A stretch of DNA of 64,000 nt, from contig DAOSEK010000004.1 in NCBI GenBank assembly GCA_035363095.1, positions 30,893-94,892 on the forward strand. Reading direction: 5' to 3'. The notes beneath the pieces were generated by a model. The model saw nothing but the letters and a program-made list of their open reading frames with translations, did no database searches and was not told where the DNA came from. Of the stretch, positions 57,229 through 64,000 are shown in pieces. The position numbers and the translations under genes were made by a program. Each line of letters begins with the position of its first letter. Positions within the stretch are counted from its first letter, which is position 1. The DNA is from Candidatus Woesearchaeota archaeon (GTDB lineage Archaea; Nanobdellota; Nanobdellia; Woesearchaeales; UBA119).

Positions 57229-57999
57229 TTAGAAGTTAGTCACATACTTTTTGTCTTTTTGCACAATATATCCGTCATACTCAATAAATTCTTTTATTAT
57301 TTCATTTTTGCAGTTTAGAGAGATTTCTTTGCCGGGAGGGTATTTAGCAATCTCAAACAAAGCATCTTTTCTTTCAGAACTATCTTCTGAACTAATAAGA
57401 AATAATATTTCATGTATGAATTCTGAAGTTAAATCGTATTCTGAAAAGTTTTCGATTATAGTTTTTAATATTTTAAAATCATCTATTGAATAGATTTTCT
57501 CAAGCGTCTCGATGTCTTTAAAGAGATATTTTGTATGGTTATTTTTCATAATTCTAAACATATTGGGGTTTAGCAATAAATTATATTTTTCAAATAGTTT
57601 CAGGTAAATAAATAGACACATTGAAGAATTGTTTGATTTCGCAATACGCTTAATCTCTTTCATATCCGATGTTGGGAAACCTATCCATTCAATAAATTTG
57701 TCTTTGTTGAATTTCACTGTCTTAACATCAAAAAAAGATTTTAGAAAATTAATTTCTTTTTCTTGTGATGGAGCGAGGTATATTAATGGTTCGGATTCCC
57801 TTATCAATTCTAAGTTTGAAGTGATTACTTCAAAATCAGGGTACATCAACATTTTTATTTTTGAATCTTTTAAACTTGAAGGGTCGTATATTTTTTCATA
57901 ATCAAGTTCTCCCATTTCTCCAAAAGGATTTATAATAACCAAACCCTTATTTTCACATATATTTCCAATTCCAAGAAGATTGTTCTTGTTTCCGACCAT
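57229..57999 (-). CDS. Hypothetical protein (256 aa)
   Basis: Clean ORF filling one cassette. No motif recognised. Confidence 0.5.
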   Translation of the reverse strand: MVGNKNNLLGIGNICENKGLVIINPFGEMGELDYEKIYDPSSLKDSKIKMLMYPDFEVITSNLELIRESEPLIYLAPSQEKEINFLKSFFDVKTVKFNKDKFIEWIGFPTSDMKEIKRIAKSNNSSMCLFIYLKLFEKYNLLLNPNMFRIMKNNHTKYLFKDIETLEKIYSIDDFKILKTIIENFSEYDLTSEFIHEILFLISSEDSSERKDALFEIAKYPPGKEISLNCKNEIIKEFIEYDGYIVQKDKKYVTNF

Positions 58000-58212
58000 T
58001 TTTATGAAAGTATTTTGTTAATATTAATAAATCTTTTCATATATTTTAAATGTCGAGCGAAGCGAGTGTAGATGTCCTTTAGGACTAGGAACTCCCCCCT
58101 TAAATTAAAGAACTCCCCCTTCTACTAATAAATATCGAACGAAGTGAGTGAATATGTGCGAAGCACCGAACTCCCTCCCGTTTTTCGTAATTTAGAACTT
58201 AAACACAATTGA

Positions 58213-58300
58213 ACTTAACATCGGAATTTAACGAAGTCGCACGAAGTGCGATTTGGGAAAAATGCGAGCCGAGAGATTTTCCTTCAAATCCGTGTTAAAC
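58213..58300 (+). repeat. Cassette-junction core 13, long form (88 bp, right arm degenerate)
   Basis: acttaacatcggaatttaacgaagtcgcacgaagtgcgatttggg...tccgtgttaaac. Confidence 0.65.
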
Positions 58301-58358
58301 GTCCCGAACGAAGTGAGAGCGCAGCGTGGTCGTAGTGGAGCAAAGCGGAACGGAGAAG

Positions 58359-58373
58359 TTCTAATTTTGTCGC
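58359..58373. repeat. HIT cassette bracketing IR, left arm (15 bp, perfect)
   Basis: ttctaattttgtcgc; partner gcgacaaaattagaa at 58814-58828. Confidence 0.85.
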
Positions 58374-58374
58374 G

Positions 58375-58779
58375 TTAAGAAAGTAGTTTTTGTTGTATTT
58401 TTTTTACTTCATCAAGGCTTTTTGATTTTCCATGAAACCATAAATCCAATCCATCATTTTCAAATCTTGGAACGACATGAAAATGTAAATGAAAAACACT
58501 TTGTTGAGCATCTTTTCCTGATGCGTTTAAAATATTAACTCCTGTTGCTCCAAGTTTTTCTTTACATAAAATTGCCATTTTTTTACAAACTTGATTAATT
58601 CTATTAAGAATTTCATCAGGAGTTACAAATATATTCTCAAAGTGTTTTTTTGGAATAAGTAATAAATGTCCGTTAGATGTTGGATTGATATCTAAAAAAG
58701 CCTTGACTAAATCATCTTCAAATAATTGAAAACAAGGTATTTCATTATTTGCGATTTTACAAAAACTACATTCTGCCAT
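58375..58779 (-). CDS. HIT-family (histidine triad) nucleotide hydrolase/transferase
   Basis: HLHFHVVPR histidine triad; CxxC at the N-terminus. Confidence 0.85.
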   Translation of the reverse strand: MAECSFCKIANNEIPCFQLFEDDLVKAFLDINPTSNGHLLLIPKKHFENIFVTPDEILNRINQVCKKMAILCKEKLGATGVNILNASGKDAQQSVFHLHFHVVPRFENDGLDLWFHGKSKSLDEVKKIQQKLLS

Positions 58780-58813
58780 AATAATATAAGATTTTAATTA
58801 ATATATAAATTTA

Positions 58814-58828
58814 GCGACAAAATTAGAA
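58814..58828. repeat. HIT cassette bracketing IR, right arm
   Basis: gcgacaaaattagaa. Confidence 0.85.
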
Positions 58829-58832
58829 TTAC

Positions 58833-58943
58833 GTTTAACATCGGAATTTAACGAAGTCGTTTAAGTTCGGAGCGAAGCGGAGAACATTAAACGATTTGGG
58901 AGAGGGGCGAGCCGAGCCCCGAACCGTTAAATTCCTGTTAGTT
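58833..58943 (+). repeat. Cassette-junction core 14, long form (111 bp, branched)
   Basis: gtttaacatcggaatttaacg-aagtcgtttaa..ttaaacgatttggg-agaggggcgagccgagcccc-gaaccgttaaattcctgttagtt. Confidence 0.78.
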
Positions 58944-59195
58944 GCGTCGCCAGCTTACGAGCGAAGCGGAGTTCTGGCGACCTGCGTCCGCAGAGTTATT
59001 TTCAAGGGCGTTTCTATCGAGTGCGAAGCACAATCAAGAATAAGAATTAAGGGACAATTTTAGTCGTGCGTCGTTTCGTGGGGGAGGGGGCGTCGTGTTT
59101 TTTGCTTTTTTTTACAAAAAAGAAGATTAGTAGGGGACGAGAAACAGCAATATTTATAAGTATGTGTAGTTATTTGCTTAAGTAGGCGGGGTTTC

Positions 59196-59348
59196 ATGAA
59201 AACTAAAAACATTACATTAAAAGTAAATTCTGAACTTTATGATAAATATAGAGCGATATGCAAGAAAGAAGGCTGGATTGTATCTCGTCAATTTGAGAAG
59301 TGCATGGAGTTAGAGATTAGTAAGAGGGGGCGAGAAAATGTCAAGTGA
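59196..59348 (+). CDS. Small ribbon-helix-helix (CopG-like) protein, 50 aa
   Basis: Own translation: [50 protein letters not shown]. Overlaps the helicase start by 11 nt. Below the ORF-track cut-off. Confidence 0.45.
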   Translation: MKTKNITLKVNSELYDKYRAICKKEGWIVSRQFEKCMELEISKRGRENVK

Positions 59349-62300
59349 TCTGACTTTCATAACCAATGAAGGCGGACAAAGTCTTCTTCACAGATTTACT
59401 GCTTTAATCAAAGATACAAGATATTTTGACTGCTTAGTCGGATATTTCTATGCAAGCGGATTTTACAGCATCTATAAATCATTAGAAAAAACTGAGAAGA
59501 TTAGAGTTCTGATTGGAATAAGCACAGATAAAGAAACATTTGAATTGATTTCAGAATCAAAAAAAGAAACACAACAAACTCTGCCTTCATCAACCAAAGA
59601 AACAAAAGAGCAGTTTACCAGCCAGATAGTACAAGAAATGGAAGCTTCTAAAGACTCTTTTGATATTGAGGAAGGGATTCACAAATTTATCGAATGGCTT
59701 AAATCTGGAAAATTAGAGATTAAAGTATATCCTGCTGACACAATTCACGCAAAACTGTATATCATGACTTTCAAAGAAGGCGATAGGGATGTCGGAAGAG
59801 TAATCACTGGCTCAAGCAATTTTACTAAAGCTGGATTAAGAGATAATATTGAGTTTAATGTTGAATTAAAAAACCATTCTGATTATGATTTTTCTCTAAA
59901 AAAGTTTAATGAGCTTTGGGAAAATGCTGTTGATGTTTCTGAAAAGTATGTTGAAACCATAAAAAAGAAGACTTGGCTAAATGATGAAATAACTCCTTAT
60001 GAATTATATTTGAAATTCTTGTATGAATTTTTAAAAGAAAAAATAAATATTGACAAAGAGGATATTTTCAAGGACTATCTTCCAGAAAATTTTATGGATT
60101 TAAAATATCAGAAAGACGCAGTTATAGATGCAAAGATGAAGTTAGGCGAATATGGTGGCGTGTTTATTTCTGATGTTGTAGGTTTAGGTAAAACTTTTGT
60201 TTCTGCAATGCTTGCTCTGCAATTAGATGGGGGAACATTAGTCATTGCTCCACCTACATTACTTGATAAGGATAATCCTGGCTCTTGGAGAAATGTATTT
60301 TTTGAGTTTGGAGTCAGACAAGCAGATTTCGAGTCAATCGGGATGCTTGACAAAATTATTCAAAGAGGAACTGAAAAATATAAAAATATAATCATTGATG
60401 AAGCCCATAGATTCAGAACAGAATCAACTCAAATGTATGAAAAACTTTTTGAAATTTGCAGAAATAAACGAGTAATTCTTGTTTCGGCAACTCCACTTAA
60501 TAATACTCCTTTAGATATTTTAAGTCAAATAAAGTTATTTCAAAATGCTCATAAATCAACACTCCCGAGCCCAAAAGTTAGGGACTTAGAAAAATATTTT
60601 AAGAAACTTCAAAATAATCTTAAAGGTCTCGATAGGCAAACAGATAAGGATGAATATTTAAGAATAATAAAGGAAAATGCTGAAGACATAAGAGAAAATG
60701 TTTTGCATCACCTGATGGTTAGAAGAACAAGAAACAACATTTCTAAATATTATGGAAAAGACTTGGAAACTCAAGGCTTAAAATTCCCAGATGTAGCTGA
60801 TCCTGAGCCAATAGTATATCATTTTAACGAAGAGCTGGATAAGATTTTCAATAAGACTCTTGAGTTGATTATTAAGGAATTCAAATATGCAAGATATACT
60901 CCATTGCTCTACCTTAAAGAAGGAGTATCACAGCCTGAAGAGATTTCCCAGAAAAATATGGGAAAATTTATGAAAATACTTCTTCTCAAGAGGCTAGAGA
61001 GCAGTTTCTTCGCATTCAAGATGTCTGTCGAGAGATTTATTCATTCATACAAAAGATTTATTGAAGAATACAAAAATGGAAGAGTGTATGTTAGTAAAAA
61101 GCACATCAATAAAATTTTTGAGTTCTTAGAAGATGATGATAGGGAATCAATACAGGAATTAATTGAAAATGAGAAAGCGTCTGAATATTCTTCAAAAGAT
61201 TTTCTTCCCCATTTCATAAAGGATTTAGAGCATGATTTCAAGCTACTAGAAGAAATTGAAGATATGTGGAAAAATGTAAATGAAGATCCAAAGCTGGATG
61301 AGTTTATTAAAAGGTTGTCCAAAGAAAAGATACTCAAGGAGCATAAGCTATTGGTCTTCACAGAATCCAAAGAAACAGCAGACTATCTTTATTCAAAGCT
61401 GAATACTTCAAAATTTGACAATAGAGTCATGGCTTTCTCAAGCAATTCTTCTGCATCCGATAGATTGAGGACAATTGAGAATTATGATGCGAATTACCCT
61501 GAGCATAAACAGAAAGATGATATTAGAATATTAATTTCAACAGATATATTATCTGAAGGTGTGAGCTTGCACCGTTCAAATGTTGTAATAAATTATGACC
61601 TGCCTTGGAATCCTATTAGAATGATGCAAAGAGTTGGTCGTGTGAACAGAGTAAGCAAAAATCCACCATATAGCACAATTCACACATATAATTTTTTCCC
61701 AGCAGGACCTATAAATAAAGAGATTAGCTTAACAGAAGCAGCCGAATCAAAGATTAAAGCATTTATAGAAATGCTTGGCAATGATGCAAAGCTTCTCACT
61801 AATGAAGAAGTAAAATCCCATGACTTGTTTACTAAATTGACATCCAAGAAAATTATTACTGGAGAGGATGAGGAAGATGATCCTGAATTAAGGTATCTTA
61901 CATTTTTGCGACAGATAAGAGATAAAAATCCAGACTTATTCGAGACGATAAAGAAATTGCCAAAGAAGGCAAGAACAGCCAAGAAGCATTCAGGAACTGG
62001 AAATTCTGTTCTGACTTTCTTTAGAAAAGGAAAGCTAAGAAAGATATTTATGACAAATGGAAGTATTGTTGATGAGGTTGATTTCATCAAAGCAGCAGAA
62101 ATTCTTGAAGCTGGAAAGGATTTAAAGAGGGAAAAGCTTGACGCTGAATTTTACAAACATCTTGAATTAAATAAAAAAGAATTTGATAATGTGTTTATCC
62201 AAGAAGAAGATGAGCCGAAAGCTCCAGGCGGAAGAAGCCAAGAAGGAAAACTCCTTAAAACAATAAAAGCAATAATCAAGGCAAAAGAATTTACTGATGA

Positions 62301-62538
62301 AGACGAGGAGTATTTGCAGGAAGTCTTAAGATTGCTAAAAGAAGGTGGAATAGCAAAAGCCACAATAAAAAGGATAGTTGAGGAAATCGGAAATGAAATT
62401 AATCCTCTTAAGATTCTGGCTAAAATTAAAGCAGGAATTTCTCCAAGCGTTTTCCAAGGCACTTTTACCAAGAGTTCTGCGGATATCGCAGGACCTAAAG
62501 AAGTTATACTTTCGGAGTATCTGATTAAAAATGGATAA
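59338..62538 (+). CDS. PLD-nuclease-domain / SNF2-family helicase fusion
   Basis: N-terminal IHAKLYIM...GSSNFT (HKD); helicase motifs [30 protein letters not shown]; 1066 aa. Confidence 0.85.
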   Translation: MSSDLTFITNEGGQSLLHRFTALIKDTRYFDCLVGYFYASGFYSIYKSLEKTEKIRVLIGISTDKETFELISESKKETQQTLPSSTKETKEQFTSQIVQEMEASKDSFDIEEGIHKFIEWLKSGKLEIKVYPADTIHAKLYIMTFKEGDRDVGRVITGSSNFTKAGLRDNIEFNVELKNHSDYDFSLKKFNELWENAVDVSEKYVETIKKKTWLNDEITPYELYLKFLYEFLKEKINIDKEDIFKDYLPENFMDLKYQKDAVIDAKMKLGEYGGVFISDVVGLGKTFVSAMLALQLDGGTLVIAPPTLLDKDNPGSWRNVFFEFGVRQADFESIGMLDKIIQRGTEKYKNIIIDEAHRFRTESTQMYEKLFEICRNKRVILVSATPLNNTPLDILSQIKLFQNAHKSTLPSPKVRDLEKYFKKLQNNLKGLDRQTDKDEYLRIIKENAEDIRENVLHHLMVRRTRNNISKYYGKDLETQGLKFPDVADPEPIVYHFNEELDKIFNKTLELIIKEFKYARYTPLLYLKEGVSQPEEISQKNMGKFMKILLLKRLESSFFAFKMSVERFIHSYKRFIEEYKNGRVYVSKKHINKIFEFLEDDDRESIQELIENEKASEYSSKDFLPHFIKDLEHDFKLLEEIEDMWKNVNEDPKLDEFIKRLSKEKILKEHKLLVFTESKETADYLYSKLNTSKFDNRVMAFSSNSSASDRLRTIENYDANYPEHKQKDDIRILISTDILSEGVSLHRSNVVINYDLPWNPIRMMQRVGRVNRVSKNPPYSTIHTYNFFPAGPINKEISLTEAAESKIKAFIEMLGNDAKLLTNEEVKSHDLFTKLTSKKIITGEDEEDDPELRYLTFLRQIRDKNPDLFETIKKLPKKARTAKKHSGTGNSVLTFFRKGKLRKIFMTNGSIVDEVDFIKAAEILEAGKDLKREKLDAEFYKHLELNKKEFDNVFIQEEDEPKAPGGRSQEGKLLKTIKAIIKAKEFTDEDEEYLQEVLRLLKEGGIAKATIKRIVEEIGNEINPLKILAKIKAGISPSVFQGTFTKSSADIAGPKEVILSEYLIKNG

Positions 62539-64000
62539 GGCAAACACAACAAAACTGCTTAATGAAACATTCAACAGCGACTTTGACATTAATCGCTTTG
62601 CAAAATTTGTCAAGGAATTATTCAATGAGTTTTCCATTAATCAGAAAAGCTGGTCTGTCTGGCAGGAATATCAGGATTACATAGAATCATATGTTTCTTT
62701 AGGAAATTATACTGACAAAGCAAAAAAAGTTATTGATGTTCTTGTTGTTAAGCTTAAGAAAAGCTCTTCGAGAGATAGAGCAAGGACAATGCAGAGGAAT
62801 TTTATCGCAAAATATCTTTCTAATGCTGAAAAAGATGCTGCATTAGTCGCATTTTATGGAGAGGATAACGATTGGCGTTTTTCATTTGTTAAGATGGAGT
62901 ATAATCTTGTGAAAGATGAATCTGGAAAAACTGTAATCTCTAAAGAGCTTACTCCTGCGAAAAGATATTCTTTTTTAGTTGGTGTAAATGAGCCAAACCA
63001 TACATGCAGAAGGCAGTTTTTAGAATTAGTCATGCAAGATGAGATAAATCCTTCTGTTGATGAGATTGAATCTGCTTTTAGCATAGATAATGTTACTAAA
63101 GAGTTTTTCGACGAATATAAGGAGTTGTTTTTGGAACTTGAAGAATGCTTGCAGAAAGTTAAAAATAGAGATAAGCATGTTGAAGAAGAGTTTGAATCCA
63201 AAGGAATCTCTACTGTGGATTTTGCTAAAAAATTATTAGGGCAGATTGTATTTATTTATTTCTTACAAAAGAAGGGCTGGCTCGGAGTAAAAAAAGGCGA
63301 AAAATGGGGAGATGGACCAAAAGATTTTATGAGATGCCTATTTGGTGGCGGAATTAGAAATTACAAACCTTTAGTTCCATATAAAAATTTCTTTAATGAG
63401 ATACTTGAGCCATTATTTTATGAAGCTTTAGCAAATGATAGAAGCGCAGACGACCACTTTTACAGATTGTTTAATTGCAAGATTCCATTCCTGAATGGAG
63501 GATTATTTGAGCCGATAAATGATTACAAATGGGCTGAAACTGATATTGTCATAGATAACACGATATTTGACAGGATTTTAACAACATTTGACAGGTTTAA
63601 CTTCACAGTCAAAGAAGATGAACCTTTGGAAAAGGAAGTTGCTGTTGATCCTGAAATGCTTGGAAAAGTTTTTGAGAATCTGCTTGAAGTCAAGGACAGA
63701 AAATCAAAAGGAGCTTTTTATACTCCTAGAGAGATAGTCCATTATATGTGCCAGCAGTCTTTAATTAATTATTTGGAGACAAATACTACTATTAACCGAA
63801 AGGATATTGAGAAGTTTATACAATTAGGGGATTTGGCTCTTGACATGATAATAAAAGAGCAGGAGCAGGTCAAGAAATATGGGCGCTCGTATGATATCAA
63901 AGAAGAATACAGCTTGCCTAAATCCATAAAAGAGAATTATAAAGAAATTGACAGGTTACTTAAAGAAATCAAGATAGTTGATCCTGCTGTCGGCTCTGGA
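62531..64000 (+). CDS. Eco57I/type IIG-like N6-adenine DNA methyltransferase, N-terminal 490 aa (runs off the window end)
   Basis: Own translation from ATG 62531: [27 protein letters not shown]..., [28 protein letters not shown], and motif [10 protein letters not shown] at the window edge. 8-nt overlap with the helicase stop. Confidence 0.8.
   Translation, partial: MDKANTTKLLNETFNSDFDINRFAKFVKELFNEFSINQKSWSVWQEYQDYIESYVSLGNYTDKAKKVIDVLVVKLKKSSSRDRARTMQRNFIAKYLSNAEKDAALVAFYGEDNDWRFSFVKMEYNLVKDESGKTVISKELTPAKRYSFLVGVNEPNHTCRRQFLELVMQDEINPSVDEIESAFSIDNVTKEFFDEYKELFLELEECLQKVKNRDKHVEEEFESKGISTVDFAKKLLGQIVFIYFLQKKGWLGVKKGEKWGDGPKDFMRCLFGGGIRNYKPLVPYKNFFNEILEPLFYEALANDRSADDHFYRLFNCKIPFLNGGLFEPINDYKWAETDIVIDNTIFDRILTTFDRFNFTVKEDEPLEKEVAVDPEMLGKVFENLLEVKDRKSKGAFYTPREIVHYMCQQSLINYLETNTTINRKDIEKFIQLGDLALDMIIKEQEQVKKYGRSYDIKEEYSLPKSIKENYKEIDRLLKEIKIVDPAVGSG

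Larger units (their letters stand above)
39562..58943 (+). mobile_element. Integron-like gene-cassette array (first to last junction core seen; the last cassette continues past the window end)
   Basis: 16 same-orientation cores, with one gene or operon per interval. See findings. Confidence 0.6.

Noticed and set aside
57229-57999. The 256-aa unknown protein, considered as a candidate recombinase for the array.
   Set aside because: No R...HxxR...Y tyrosine-recombinase pattern, serine-recombinase N-terminal motif, HUH motif or DDE pattern was recognisable by eye. It occupies an ordinary cassette position.
39562-58943. The regularly recurring cores, considered as a possible CRISPR array.
   Set aside because: Spacing is 0.45-3.8 kb and irregular, the intervals contain full genes, the repeats are not identical, and there are no cas genes.
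1-64000. Search for tRNA, rRNA and other canonical RNA genes.
   Set aside because: No 70-90-nt GC-rich cloverleaf-like patch and no rRNA-like conserved segment was seen in any intergenic region. A tRNAscan/Infernal run is still needed, because eye-scanning is not decisive.

Overview
AT-rich (roughly 25-30% GC by eye) archaeal chromosome segment, probably from a small-genome DPANN-type archaeon. The archaeal call rests on GatD/GatE, archaeal-type TIM, Pelota, RPA, RtcB and class-III (pilin-like) signal peptides. From 1-35 kb the window is mostly housekeeping: Ski2-like helicase, topA, rtcB, YrdC/TsaC, gatE, gatD, tpiA, pelota and RPA. This part also carries a surface/pilin-like gene cluster (21-33 kb) and two families of structured intergenic repeats, one of which is nested inside the other. 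From 35-39 kb there are lipoprotein and secreted-protein genes. From 39-64 kb there is an accessory region. It holds 16 same-orientation copies of a short conserved hairpin core (AACATC-stem-loop-stem-CTGTTA, flanked by RYYYAAC-like and GTTRRRY-like boxes). Each interval between cores contains one gene or one tight operon. The cargo is toxin-antitoxin pairs, HD, PRTase, PLD nuclease, ASCH, 2H phosphoesterase, methyltransferase, a RiPP-like radical-SAM operon, a radical-SAM/SPASM plus MBL pair, NYN, HIT, and a PLD-SNF2 helicase plus N6-adenine methyltransferase module. This looks like an integron-like cassette array, but it departs from the classical model in three ways. Every cassette is bracketed by its own inverted repeats, cassettes carry their own promoters, and genes sit in both orientations. 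The junctions are full of covarying stems and GAA-triloop mini-hairpins. No integrase, transposase or other recombinase is visible in the window. A roughly 3 kb GC-rich (about 45-50%) foreign island sits between two near-identical copies of a RelE-type TA cassette. No rRNA, tRNA or CRISPR array was recognised. All repeat coordinates were indexed by hand and may be off by 1-2 nt. All functional calls rest on motifs read by eye, not on database searches.
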